IMG/VR virus record: IMGVR_UViG_3300032307_000370 | Coordinates: 63,726 to 127,725 of that record | Length of the DNA stretch: 64,000 nucleotides | Direction: 5' to 3' (one strand) | DNA from: a virus | Shown: in pieces, positions 9,201 to 19,692 of the stretch | Numbering within the stretch: the first letter of the stretch is position 1 | How the letters are laid out: every line of letters starts with the position of its first letter | Made by a program: the position numbers and the translations under genes | The notes under the pieces: model-generated | The model's input: the letters and a program-made list of their open reading frames with translations, nothing else | What the model was told of the DNA's origin: nothing | The model's database searches: none

Positions 9201-11965
9201 CAACAAATAGTTTTGGTAATAATGCGGTAACGGGAACAACAATATTATCTGCAGCACCAAATACAACATCTAATGTTGTTCCTATTGCGTCTAACATTAC
9301 TTATGCGAATCCTATAAATGGGCAAACATCCTCAGTTAGTATTAATATTTTACAAACAGGTGATACAATAACTGATTCTATTAAAGATGATTTCCTAAAA
9401 TACCCAACCGATATGGAGTATTTCCAAGTGATTACAGGTGTGAGTGTTTCTGATTTTATTAATATGTCTAGTGTTTCAAATACTAATTTATTTCCTAAAA
9501 GATTTTTAAGGCATCAAATTGTGTATACAATAAGTAATCCTTCAGTTGTTTCTCAGGTTCCACCATCCTCGTTTTCATTATCGTCTCCTATTATACCACC
9601 GGCAACGGTAAATGGATTCACATATAATAATGTGAGTGGTGTTGCGGCAATTGATGCGAATTACTTTGACTGTTTAGATAGTTTATCAAATGGTTTAAAT
9701 TATGAGGTAGTTATGTTTGTAAGGGGGGTTGATCCACACACTGAAAAACAAAATATAAGATATGATCTTTCTCGTATCTTTGGATATACGGGATGGAACC
9801 AACCTGGATTGTCAATAACTGGTGACTATTACTTAAATCAACCAATAAAACCTATTGCCAATTCTGCACAATCTGCACCACTAACACATAACACACCAAC
9901 AAATACGTTTAATAATTTATATTTCCCTTCCTTTACTTTTAATATTAGTCCTGCAATACCCGGAAATCCAAATTACACTGCGTTTACATCTACATTACCG
10001 TATTATTATTTATCAACAGATGATAATTTTGCAACAGGATATATACCTGTCAACGGGTTCCCGACCAAAGGATCTTTAGATGCAACTTTACAGACGTTAA
10101 TTGCGAATAGTAATTATACTTTACCAAGACAACAAACGGATTATATTGGTGGTGGATCATTTATTGCCTCATCGTTTAATAGTCCATATAATATTAATGG
10201 TATGTTTTATGGTCAAGTATCTTCTGAGGATGATTATGGTTATCCTACCTCTTTAAATAGTAATCAGTTTTTTGCGTTATATTCTACGGCATATTTTAAA
10301 TACCCAACATTACTTGGTGTTAATTTTAATAATAGAAGTAGAATAGTTATGAGAAGTGATAGATTACCAACATCAACTTGTGTTGAAAATGCTCCCGGTA
10401 ATAGAACGGCTTATGCGTTACATCAAAACAATAAATTTTGTTATTACAAAACCGATGGTGTTGGAAGTGAACAGACAAATAGTTTTGAAAGCAATTACGA
10501 TATTACAGGAAATTTAGATCAATTTAGTGGTAATACGGGATTAACGCAAACACTTACTTGTGATGGGTTAATATCTTTAGAATGTTATTCAGGTAGTGGT
10601 ACTAATGTCGGGGTTATACCTGCTAATCAATGTGCAATACCTGAAGATAGAGTAACTAAAGGATGTTATTGTTTATTAAATAAAAAATATCTTGTTGAAT
10701 ATGGCGCGGACGCTAGATTATTTATGGAATGGAAAACAAGATTTACATTAGTGTTTGCAACTTGTAGGGGGGTCTTTGCTCAAACATTCCAAAATAATTG
10801 GATAAATGGTACGTTATATATGCCGTCTTTCAATAAAAGATCAATATATCCATTAAATAATCTTACTAATGCATCAACACCTAAATATGAATATTGTAGA
10901 GATATTGTGGTTTATAATAATATAAGTAACAATTTTTATTATAGAAGTTCTCCATGGAGTGATAATTCGCAAGAGTTTATTGGTAAAGAAGTATCACAAC
11001 CGGCGAATTGGTTAACTCTTAATTTTAAACCTGGATATAACGATAAAAATATAATGTTCCCAACTACAATTTTAGATATGGGTCCAAGAGATTCATATAT
11101 AAGTGAAATTTGTAATAACCCAAATTTCAGAGGGTATATGAGTGATCAATTTAGGTCAACTAGTTATAATGAAAATGGTGATATAATACAATTAGGGTTT
11201 TTATCTAGAATATTAAATGAGAATTTTAGACAAGTTATGATACCTATAACCACTGGTGGTAATAATTCAGAAGGTAAAGGTATTACACAATTCTTTAATA
11301 GTAATAGAGGTGGTGATAGAATAGATGGTGATTTTGCTCAGGCGTTATCAATCAATTCTGAATTTAGAATTAACCCATTTATTGATGAAAATTACGGTAA
11401 CGTTGATATTTTCATTGGTGATGACGGTCAGACACCACCGGCTAGTAGACCTGTTTTTGGGGTATTTTATAGATCATCCAACATTGATTATGCTTATAGA
11501 AGAAAATTAACACCGGGTATTGAAATTTACAATTTATCTCCTTTACTACAAGATGCGTATGGGCACCCAAAAACTCAGGTTGTACCAAACTATAAATGGA
11601 TATTACAACCATCTAGTGTTATTTTTGGTGCTGAAGATAACAATTGGTATACAAACCCTAATCAAAGTGGTGGTATTGGGTTCTTTAAAAAAGGATATCA
11701 AGATTTAGATTATAGTGTTGACCCTTATTTTACGACACCGGCATTACAACCTGGCAATGCATTACCTTTATTACCCCAAGGTTTTATAACTAACTTTGAT
11801 CAAAACACATTATTACCTTCACCAACAATACCTGGTTCACCACTTGCGGTAAATGGTAATGTTTATTTAGTTGGAGCTCCAAGTCATTTTTATTTTGGAT
11901 TAAATAACGGAAAAACAGCAATGAATAGATTCATAAAAAAATATATTGATACAGCGGAAATATAA
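6290..11965 (+). CDS. Large baseplate/tail structural protein (1891 aa) with N-terminal carboxypeptidase-regulatory-like beta domain and an internal hydrophobic segment
   Basis: GRVLVNNGYGVPNARVSVF and TNDSGDYMIFGVPTG motifs; hydrophobic stretch at about 8045-8380; baseplate operon context. Confidence 0.6.
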   Translation: MPKSYRIRTTPGTEKTINIQLEQDFEFLEILSLKINQGDIYNRMCSDYGVIIGRVLVNNGYGVPNARVSVFIPIDDIDIDNPIISELYPYQTLSDVSADGYRYNLLPKEPSYTGHAATGTFPSKQEILTDQSYVEVYDKYYKFSVRTNDSGDYMIFGVPTGTQTILMDVDLSDIGCFSLSPQDLIDSGVAVESQVNGSKFKTSTNLNELPQIVTLNKIIEVAPLWGEPEICLLGITRADFDLTASANITIKPNAVFMGSLISTTDDDAVRATTCRPKNDTGNLCELIAGPGQILTIRQTIDVDQDGRPILETHELDEDGKLIDGDGTFLINVPMNLNYIITNEFGEQVLSNDPKKGIPTKGKYRFKFKWQNEQGLQNSYLRGHYLVPNIKEHGWINSSVDPLINYSTTQYQFTLPNGTLTATFPLNNTSTGGLVLDNKINVESFTILLNGIPYFGDLESIPITVVPTTITINVVPVNPGTLTEFNYTFYQQPTFNALRSYAFSLDWNDYGDNTTVVGQQMIQEAIDCEDKFYEFNYNKVYTTAMFLDRYKKGAGRAKHLGIKEIDDRTCKSTVNTFPVNDIIRNFDFIFFVFNLLINILAIPILVILFLAHFVAWSWPVLKYLLVVLGIYFGYQAIQEGITVVNSILEGTTGFAVPGGPVVNAGVILRIAAQLLSALFKLALSLAFIAFTAIYLIKITNFPRIGLPMLSYPECTSCDCDCGNAELDDDIDENSVNASIEEQQNGLDDSGIEYAQSTSFIAPVNLSSAYDVNHPNLNNFPGEDSSDNDKGYFFAGASLSTNKQYKSLINRVVDDEISGNIVVDSVLDFRRLFSGFDILSSTTDPNAFNKFHAPQPFLFAAEKTTGLDHRWFGYPRSETYPQKLNEFNTRDKYFGNIGTGGGSNIIRTTVNPQLSVAPYNLGTQPTFTDQIVVVLANAGTAQKLGIGELVTFQDPNFDNGLVISRKVNLTGATTNSFGNNAVTGTTILSAAPNTTSNVVPIASNITYANPINGQTSSVSINILQTGDTITDSIKDDFLKYPTDMEYFQVITGVSVSDFINMSSVSNTNLFPKRFLRHQIVYTISNPSVVSQVPPSSFSLSSPIIPPATVNGFTYNNVSGVAAIDANYFDCLDSLSNGLNYEVVMFVRGVDPHTEKQNIRYDLSRIFGYTGWNQPGLSITGDYYLNQPIKPIANSAQSAPLTHNTPTNTFNNLYFPSFTFNISPAIPGNPNYTAFTSTLPYYYLSTDDNFATGYIPVNGFPTKGSLDATLQTLIANSNYTLPRQQTDYIGGGSFIASSFNSPYNINGMFYGQVSSEDDYGYPTSLNSNQFFALYSTAYFKYPTLLGVNFNNRSRIVMRSDRLPTSTCVENAPGNRTAYALHQNNKFCYYKTDGVGSEQTNSFESNYDITGNLDQFSGNTGLTQTLTCDGLISLECYSGSGTNVGVIPANQCAIPEDRVTKGCYCLLNKKYLVEYGADARLFMEWKTRFTLVFATCRGVFAQTFQNNWINGTLYMPSFNKRSIYPLNNLTNASTPKYEYCRDIVVYNNISNNFYYRSSPWSDNSQEFIGKEVSQPANWLTLNFKPGYNDKNIMFPTTILDMGPRDSYISEICNNPNFRGYMSDQFRSTSYNENGDIIQLGFLSRILNENFRQVMIPITTGGNNSEGKGITQFFNSNRGGDRIDGDFAQALSINSEFRINPFIDENYGNVDIFIGDDGQTPPASRPVFGVFYRSSNIDYAYRRKLTPGIEIYNLSPLLQDAYGHPKTQVVPNYKWILQPSSVIFGAEDNNWYTNPNQSGGIGFFKKGYQDLDYSVDPYFTTPALQPGNALPLLPQGFITNFDQNTLLPSPTIPGSPLAVNGNVYLVGAPSHFYFGLNNGKTAMNRFIKKYIDTAEI

Positions 11966-13734
11966 TGGGAGTAAATGATACAACAAAAATTGTTTTAGGG
12001 TCATTGAGATACAAGGCATCTCCAAATACAGTATTATCTGTAAATGTTGATTTGAATCAAAACGAAAAAGAATTAATTGAATTTGATCGAAATGTTGATT
12101 TAAGTTTACAACAAGTTTTTACCGATGAGAGACAACAGGGTACGATTTTTAGACCGGTGACTAAATATTCAATAATATTTAAAAATGAATATACGGGATC
12201 AACAAATTATATCCCGTACAGAGATAATCTTTACTATACTAACGCGATTGGTAATACGATCTCGGCATATCCAGGTGGTAACTTACCACCCGCAGTTGCA
12301 AATCCGGCTGTTTTATGGGAAGGATATCCACAATATTTTGAATTTGATTTTATACGAACTGATAATAATGTTGTTGGATACACCGTACCGCCAAATAATC
12401 ATATAAATTTTGTTAACAAAAGTGCAAGTACATATAACTGGACTCATTATTTGAGTTATGCGTTTAAAAATGACCCAAATAAACAAATGTATGTTATTGA
12501 TAATACTACATCAACAAGTTGGGCTTGGGTTGCATCTGATGGAATACCTTTTATTATTAATCAAGGTAATGATGATTTTGGACCTGTTATATCATTTAGA
12601 TGTCCAATGAAACACGGGTTAAATATTAATGAATTTGTTGAATTATCTTTAACTTATAATAATACAAATATATTCCAAGTGATTAGTTTGGGGGATCCGG
12701 CTTTTGGTAGTGATGAATACATTTTTAATATATATAATATTGGATATGTTGGTACAACATTTAATAATGGTAATACTGGAACCTTTAAAAGAGTTATTAA
12801 TAGAAGTAATCTTAATGAAACCAAATCTGAATATTATGTAAGGGTTCATAAAATTTTAACAAATGCTGAAGATGCGGTTTTGGTTAAAGCTGGATTTGAA
12901 CAAAATATTTTTAACCCTAAAACTAAATTTGAAACTGCGGTATTAACACCAAATGGGGTTTCAAGATCCTCAGTTAAAGAAGGTGGACAAGCTTACTCAT
13001 TATCATTTAATGTTGATGTTGATGTTCAACCTCTTAGGGATAATCAAAATAGACCAATATCTGAATTATTTTTTACGACCATATGGAAAGGTTATTTTGG
13101 GTGGACAAATAAATTAAAACAAGGGTGGAATTTTAATATACCCCTTGCTAACTCAATCCCGAATCCTTGGTGGGATGTTTCAAATCCATTATCGAATGCA
13201 AATTTACCGACCAGTACATATAATAGTTTAACGGTTCCACCTGTTGGTCCATTTACATATACTGAAAATCTTAAATCAGGTGATTTAATTGATGGGGATT
13301 ATTGTGAATGGAATGATTATGAACAAACAGAAAGAGTTATCTCAAGATATAATAATAAAATAACGTTTAATCAAACATATTTTGGGTTAAATACTAATGC
13401 ACCACAATCGAATCAATTTGGGTATTATTATAACCCCCACGATCCGATAGTATTAAGGAGATATTCAACATATATTGAAGAAGGTGATCCGTTAAAGGTG
13501 GTTAACATACCTGATTATGCTTTTTATTCAAACTTATCAAATAGTTTTAGATGGAGAGATATATATCCATATGGGTTTGTTGATAATGATGGTGTTGGTG
13601 TTGATTATCCGTTTATAAATGGTAAACATTATCCATTTGTAAATACCATCTTTAGAATAATACCTGAAGGAAGTAATGTTGGTATTGATGACATAACCGT
13701 AATAGCAGAACCAATTGTAGATGATTGTGAATAA
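11965..13734 (+). CDS. Putative tail/baseplate structural protein
   Basis: 589 aa, beta-rich N/T/G/Y composition, translationally coupled to its neighbours. Confidence 0.5.
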   Translation: MGVNDTTKIVLGSLRYKASPNTVLSVNVDLNQNEKELIEFDRNVDLSLQQVFTDERQQGTIFRPVTKYSIIFKNEYTGSTNYIPYRDNLYYTNAIGNTISAYPGGNLPPAVANPAVLWEGYPQYFEFDFIRTDNNVVGYTVPPNNHINFVNKSASTYNWTHYLSYAFKNDPNKQMYVIDNTTSTSWAWVASDGIPFIINQGNDDFGPVISFRCPMKHGLNINEFVELSLTYNNTNIFQVISLGDPAFGSDEYIFNIYNIGYVGTTFNNGNTGTFKRVINRSNLNETKSEYYVRVHKILTNAEDAVLVKAGFEQNIFNPKTKFETAVLTPNGVSRSSVKEGGQAYSLSFNVDVDVQPLRDNQNRPISELFFTTIWKGYFGWTNKLKQGWNFNIPLANSIPNPWWDVSNPLSNANLPTSTYNSLTVPPVGPFTYTENLKSGDLIDGDYCEWNDYEQTERVISRYNNKITFNQTYFGLNTNAPQSNQFGYYYNPHDPIVLRRYSTYIEEGDPLKVVNIPDYAFYSNLSNSFRWRDIYPYGFVDNDGVGVDYPFINGKHYPFVNTIFRIIPEGSNVGIDDITVIAEPIVDDCE

Positions 13735-14542
13735 ATATAAAATAGTATTACCTGAGAATGATCAGTATTTAAACATTCCTTTAGAAATGAATTGGGATTT
13801 TCTTGGAAGGGATGATAGTATTGAGGACTACCAAACTACAATGGTTAAAGAAGTCGTTGGTGGGGTTAATGATTTTGAGGTCCTCCAATTTTCACATAAT
13901 GAATATGTTGATAATTTAAATTTTGAAAGAACAAATATAAATTATGAATTTTATTTTTATGATAATTCAGTACCAATAACATCACCTTTAGTTAATAGTA
14001 CGAATTGGAATAATAGTTATTTGGATGAGGGTTTTACGGTTGATGAGGTTTATTATTTTACAAAACCATTTACCAATTCATTTTTTAAATTGGACTTATA
14101 TGATACTGATGATGAAAAAACTCAAGTATTGTATTTGACAATTATCCTACCCGTCCAACAAGGATTTACACAGACGGCATCTTTATCTTCTTTATTATCA
14201 AATGTTGATATAAGACGACCAAAATTTAGTTTAGATTACGTTGGTGATAAAGAAGGGTTTCACATATATTGGTTAAGAAAACAAGTGTATATCAATATAA
14301 GTGAATTTTATATGAGTGCTAAATTTTTTGATGCGAAATTAGGTGTTTATGTGAGAATGACTAACACACCACAATCAAATATTGCAAACAAATTTACATT
14401 TAATCCTAATGATTATTTTTATTATAAGGTTAATTTGGATTATACAAATAAAACGTATGAAGTTTATGCGACTTCTAATTTAACACAGAGGGTTGGGATT
14501 GACGGATTCCCGATAATGTGGTATGAATATGTAAACCCATAA
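13721..14542 (+). CDS. Putative structural protein
   Basis: 273 aa, overlapping operon arrangement. Confidence 0.45.
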   Translation: MIVNKYKIVLPENDQYLNIPLEMNWDFLGRDDSIEDYQTTMVKEVVGGVNDFEVLQFSHNEYVDNLNFERTNINYEFYFYDNSVPITSPLVNSTNWNNSYLDEGFTVDEVYYFTKPFTNSFFKLDLYDTDDEKTQVLYLTIILPVQQGFTQTASLSSLLSNVDIRRPKFSLDYVGDKEGFHIYWLRKQVYINISEFYMSAKFFDAKLGVYVRMTNTPQSNIANKFTFNPNDYFYYKVNLDYTNKTYEVYATSNLTQRVGIDGFPIMWYEYVNP

Positions 14543-14543
14543 G

Positions 14544-15716
14544 ATGGAAGAACAAAAATATTATTTTAAAATATCACCCGAAAATGTTAAGAGGGACATT
14601 GTGGAGGTTGTGTATGTTGGTAATACCGAATATACATATAGTGCCGACCCATGCTGTTCAATAACATCGGTAACCCCAACAACATTAACAGGTTTTACGG
14701 GGGTTTATTCAGGGATGTCTCAGATATTATCAGGGGGGACAAACGGTCAATCATTATTAACTGGTTTAACCGTTCCAATCCTTTTAACTGAAGTTGCGAC
14801 TGATATAGGGTATTATTCGGTATTTGATGGTGCGATATTACAAAAAGAAGTTATAACCAACTTTTTATTTTCTGCAACAACAGGTAGTCCTTACACTTTT
14901 TATTTTTATAATACTTCGGATACGGAATTTAAGAAGTTTTTATCTGTTTCCACATATACTGTTGATTGGGGTGACGGGTCACCAATACAAAACGTAACAA
15001 GTCCAACACAATATACTCACGTTTATCCTGTGGTTAACCAAACATTCACAATTACATTAAAGGCAACATCACCATGGGGTATATCGGTAATTACCAAAAC
15101 GGTTACGGTACCATTTACGAATGTTCCTATATTAAACCCTAATGGTGTTGCAACATTTACACCTGCGGGAGGTAGTTGGGTGAATACGTCGTTCAGTTAT
15201 GACTATATTTTTTCAGGTGACTCAGGTACTGATGTGAATGATTATATAAGTTCAAATTATACGACCGTCCCATTTGTAATAACCGGATTTACTCAATCAA
15301 ACGTAAATGATTTGGTTGTGTATGGTCCAAAGTATAATTTATTTGGTGGGAAATTCAAATTAGGCATACAAGTAACGGGTTCATCGGAATCTGTGGGGAC
15401 TTATTGGGGTCCAGATCCAACAAATACATACACTGCATATACAATTAATGATATTCTTTATTATGATTATAATGATGGAACAACAATATACATTGTTGAA
15501 TCATCTGGTTTTACTCAGAATGATTTAATATTATCTGCAATAACCAAAAATGAGGCGTTACTTAATGTTGTTGATCAACCCGAAGTACAAACAGATGTGT
15601 ATGTTGAGAGAGGAAAAAACTCGGCATTAGAATTTGTTGAACGACTTGGTGAAGTAGATAATGTTGGGGATTTAGAAAAATATGGATATGGATTTTTTAA
15701 TGTTGAAAAACAATGA
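14544..15716 (+). CDS. Putative structural protein with PKD-like domain
   Basis: YTVDWGDGS...THVY PKD-type motif. Confidence 0.5.
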   Translation: MEEQKYYFKISPENVKRDIVEVVYVGNTEYTYSADPCCSITSVTPTTLTGFTGVYSGMSQILSGGTNGQSLLTGLTVPILLTEVATDIGYYSVFDGAILQKEVITNFLFSATTGSPYTFYFYNTSDTEFKKFLSVSTYTVDWGDGSPIQNVTSPTQYTHVYPVVNQTFTITLKATSPWGISVITKTVTVPFTNVPILNPNGVATFTPAGGSWVNTSFSYDYIFSGDSGTDVNDYISSNYTTVPFVITGFTQSNVNDLVVYGPKYNLFGGKFKLGIQVTGSSESVGTYWGPDPTNTYTAYTINDILYYDYNDGTTIYIVESSGFTQNDLILSAITKNEALLNVVDQPEVQTDVYVERGKNSALEFVERLGEVDNVGDLEKYGYGFFNVEKQ

Positions 15717-15766
15717 TTTTGAGTATTTATATTTAAACGATAAACAAACTTTAAAAAATAATAATT

Positions 15767-16675
15767 GTGGCTACAGGTAATTACGGAACAATAAGAAGTG
15801 CAGATGTGAGCCCTGATGACGTAGAAATAATTTTAAATTATACACCATCAAGAGACGAGACAGACAATTTCGTACTAACAAAATTAAATGCTAGTACAGT
15901 ATTAAGACCATATTTCCATAATGGGACTACTGGTGGTAATGCGAATGTTGAAATACTTGGGGGGTTATACAATCTTAAATTACCAACAGATCAATTTAAT
16001 CAATTAGGGATTTACACTTTATATATCAGACCTGCCGAAATCAGAACTAAAATTCTTGATTGTGGTATTTTATCTGCATTACCAAATGTAAAAGGTATTG
16101 TAATTGATATTAATAACGTACCTTCTAATTTTAGAAACAAATTTATTAATCAAGGTTTAGTTGGGTTTAGAGTTGAGTATCTAAATTCTGACGGAACTAA
16201 GATACCTAATTTCTTTAGAATTGTAACCTCATCGTTTTATTGTGAACCTGTTCTTGAAAATTTAACAAATACGAGTCAAAAGGCAATAAGATATAGATAT
16301 GTGGAAGCATCAACAAATTTAATTTTTTGTACTCTATCACCATCTTCATCACCTACCAATAAACCAAATGCAACACCATTTATTGGTCAACCTGATCAAA
16401 ACATTATTATATCAAATACATTCTTCAATCCAACCACGGTTGAAATTGAAATTGTTGAACATGACATCTCAACGTTAGCAATTGCTCTATATGGTAATCA
16501 AACTAAATCTATGGATGATGGTATATACACCATATACGATAGTGATAACAACATTTACAAACAATACAACCTTTACGAGATTAGAGATCAATTTAATAAT
16601 TTATTATATGAGGTAAGACAAGATAGAGGTGATAATATTGATTTTAGTAAAAACTTCTCAAATATAACTTCATAA
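15767..16675 (+). CDS. Putative structural protein (GTG start)
   Basis: 302 aa; TATTTAT at 15724-15730 upstream. Confidence 0.5.
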   Translation: MATGNYGTIRSADVSPDDVEIILNYTPSRDETDNFVLTKLNASTVLRPYFHNGTTGGNANVEILGGLYNLKLPTDQFNQLGIYTLYIRPAEIRTKILDCGILSALPNVKGIVIDINNVPSNFRNKFINQGLVGFRVEYLNSDGTKIPNFFRIVTSSFYCEPVLENLTNTSQKAIRYRYVEASTNLIFCTLSPSSSPTNKPNATPFIGQPDQNIIISNTFFNPTTVEIEIVEHDISTLAIALYGNQTKSMDDGIYTIYDSDNNIYKQYNLYEIRDQFNNLLYEVRQDRGDNIDFSKNFSNITS

Positions 16676-19600
16676 TGGCGGTAAACACATATAAATGTCC
16701 TCCTCAACCTGCCAGTGGGCAAGGAACCTTTTCAGACAACTTGGTTGGTTTCCAATTAGTTGATGGGGGAGGTCTTACCCAAGCAAATTTTGAATTTACC
16801 ACAAATATTTCCGAAAAACAAAACAGAACCTTTTCAATAGGATCATTTTCGGATCCAATATCGTTAGATAGTTTAGATATCAATAGTATTGAAGAATCAA
16901 AAAAATTAATTACAGATAATTTTAGAGTTTATCCTAATTTTGATTTAAGTCAGGTAACAAACTTTACTATGTTTGGTTCATTAACTAAAAGGTTATCGAC
17001 ATCTGTTACAAATATTATTAATTATTTTCCGGGAGCATTAGATATACAAAGCACGCAACCCAACTTTGTTACATCAATAACAGTTCAAAATGCGGTTTAT
17101 AATAGTGTGGAAGATGAGACATATTTTGAAATACCAATTTCGGTTATTAGAAACCCATTTGGTATTGATTATACCGTTAATGCAACAAGAAACTTAGAAT
17201 TAAGAGAAATACCAGTTTCATATTTACGAAACTTTACAACACAATATTTAAAATATTCATTGTTTTTTAATGATGTTGAATATCCTGTTTCTGATTTTAT
17301 ACCGGCACAACCAACAGATACTGTATTTAAAATATATGTTAATGGTAATCCATTTTTAAATGCTTCAAGTATTAGTGATAATTTCATAATAAGACCAAAA
17401 CAACTATATGTTAACAAAGTTTTTAACGAAAATTTAGATCAAGTTGAAAACTTCTTACTTAATAGAAATATGGTTCCTATATATAGTGCCTATTTCCAAG
17501 TCCCTGTTGAGAATGAAGATGGTACATACTCATATAGTCAGGAGGTTGCAATATTCCCATTAAATGGAACGTGGAACTTAGATATTGTTTCACCAAAATT
17601 CACAAATTATTTAACAAAATTAAATAATATTGCTGAATATATAGATTTATATAAAACAAACCTAATAACAAGATTTTTAACTGCAGACGCAATTAAAGAA
17701 TTTGATACTCCTGATAGAAAGATGGAGAAGATCTTACAGATCTACGGTAGAAGTTTTGATGAAACAAGAAAATTCATAACGGCACTTGCTAATATGAATT
17801 CTGTAAATTATAATGTTAAAAATGATATACCTTCACAATTACTTAAAAATCTTGCTCAAACATTAGGTTGGAATATAAACATATCTCCTATAACTAATGA
17901 CCAATTATTAAGTTCTGTATTTAGTGATGGAAGTAACGCGTTTACGGGATTACCTCAAGGTCAAACACCTGAGGAATTAAATTATCAATATTTTAGAAAT
18001 TTAATATTAAATTCCGCTTTCCTTTTCAAATCAAAAGGAACGAGAAAATCAATTGAAATATTATTAAGAATGGTTGGAGCTCCTGAAGCACTAACCGAAT
18101 TTAATGAACACGTATATGTTGCCGATCAAAAAATTAACTTAAGACAATTTGATATACAATATGCTCAAATATCCGGTGGTACATATTCTCAAGAATTACC
18201 TGTTTTAGATACAAACGATCTATTCTCAATTATGGGCGTTCAATACACAGGATTTACAACAACAACTGTAACTCAAGATGTTACTTTAACACTTATTGAT
18301 TACCCAATTGATAGTTTTGGATATCCAAGTATGCCGGTACCAACCGATACATATTTCTTCCAAATAGGTGGGGGTTGGTTTGAATCGACACCTCAACATA
18401 GAATGCCGGAACAAGTTGATTTAACTAATAGTGTGTTTACGGGCGCAAACCCTAACTACCAAACTAAGTTATTACCATTTAATTACGGTCAAGAATATTT
18501 AGAAAGATATCGTAGTTTTCCTTATATGAATTTAGGGTTTAATCTTAGAAAAACTGTTGATAACAAAAAAAGTTGGACGGATAATGAGAAGTATTTAAGA
18601 AAAAATTTTGATGGTAATTTCAATGCTTATTATGGAGTTTCTGATGATAGATTAGTTATAAATGTTAAGAACATTGATTTATTTATGAACCCAGCGCAAG
18701 GGTTGTTATATGATGTATGGACAATGTCGAGAAGATATAACTATCCGATTCCTGAACAAGGATTGTTTTATGTTGATCCTACATATTGTAATCCATACCC
18801 TAATATTGAATATCCAAATAGAGGGGGTATAGATTGGACAGTTATTGTTCCAAGACCAAAACAAAAAACATTTTTTGAGTTTGCCCAAACTTTTTGGAAA
18901 AACATGATTAATGTTAGGAATAGACAATTTATGACCGATGGTAAAACAAGTGGGTATCCAACTTTATCATCAATATATTGGAAATATTTAGAATCCGAAC
19001 AGGCGATCAATGTTCGTAATGATAATTTTAATTATCAAACAATGATTGATTATGTTGATGGTATGGGTGACTATTGGATTAGATTGGTGGAACAAATGAT
19101 TCCGGCAACAACAATATGGAATACTGGTGTTAAATATGAGAACTCTATTTTCCATAGACAAAAATTTGTGTGGAGAAGACAAAGAGGTTGTGAAATTATA
19201 CCGGTTCCTTGTAAACCTTGTAAATTAATAACTCAAATATTTTCATATGATTGCCCTGTACAACAAACAATAATAGGTCTTTATCCTTGGGATACAAATC
19301 CATCTATTACGTCTTTTGGGGCTTTATTGGGGGATTCTCTAACAACCTACGGTAATAATAATAATGTAGATATCAATAATGATTGTTTATTAAATACTTT
19401 AGAGAGTGATTGGTATATAGATATTAGAATTGACGGTAATCCAATAATAATATATGAATTCTTTAATGGGGTTGGTTATTCAAACCCATCGTTAAGTGCT
19501 CCGACACCAAACGATTGGCTTAATGGTTTATATGATGCTTTAGTCGGTTTACTTGATTACGGTTTGGATTATATTATTGATACTAATGATCAAACTATAA

Positions 19601-19692
19601 CAATATATAACAATAATTGTTTACCGTTAGATATTACCCAAAACTTTGAATTAAATGTTGGGATAAACTTTGATATTTTATGTAATCCGTGA
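16675..19692 (+). CDS. Baseplate wedge protein with P2 gpI / T4 gp7-like motif
   Basis: LKNLAQTLGW...LFKSKGTRKSIEILLRMVG is the gpI-like KGT motif. Confidence 0.6.
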   Translation: MAVNTYKCPPQPASGQGTFSDNLVGFQLVDGGGLTQANFEFTTNISEKQNRTFSIGSFSDPISLDSLDINSIEESKKLITDNFRVYPNFDLSQVTNFTMFGSLTKRLSTSVTNIINYFPGALDIQSTQPNFVTSITVQNAVYNSVEDETYFEIPISVIRNPFGIDYTVNATRNLELREIPVSYLRNFTTQYLKYSLFFNDVEYPVSDFIPAQPTDTVFKIYVNGNPFLNASSISDNFIIRPKQLYVNKVFNENLDQVENFLLNRNMVPIYSAYFQVPVENEDGTYSYSQEVAIFPLNGTWNLDIVSPKFTNYLTKLNNIAEYIDLYKTNLITRFLTADAIKEFDTPDRKMEKILQIYGRSFDETRKFITALANMNSVNYNVKNDIPSQLLKNLAQTLGWNINISPITNDQLLSSVFSDGSNAFTGLPQGQTPEELNYQYFRNLILNSAFLFKSKGTRKSIEILLRMVGAPEALTEFNEHVYVADQKINLRQFDIQYAQISGGTYSQELPVLDTNDLFSIMGVQYTGFTTTTVTQDVTLTLIDYPIDSFGYPSMPVPTDTYFFQIGGGWFESTPQHRMPEQVDLTNSVFTGANPNYQTKLLPFNYGQEYLERYRSFPYMNLGFNLRKTVDNKKSWTDNEKYLRKNFDGNFNAYYGVSDDRLVINVKNIDLFMNPAQGLLYDVWTMSRRYNYPIPEQGLFYVDPTYCNPYPNIEYPNRGGIDWTVIVPRPKQKTFFEFAQTFWKNMINVRNRQFMTDGKTSGYPTLSSIYWKYLESEQAINVRNDNFNYQTMIDYVDGMGDYWIRLVEQMIPATTIWNTGVKYENSIFHRQKFVWRRQRGCEIIPVPCKPCKLITQIFSYDCPVQQTIIGLYPWDTNPSITSFGALLGDSLTTYGNNNNVDINNDCLLNTLESDWYIDIRIDGNPIIIYEFFNGVGYSNPSLSAPTPNDWLNGLYDALVGLLDYGLDYIIDTNDQTITIYNNNCLPLDITQNFELNVGINFDILCNP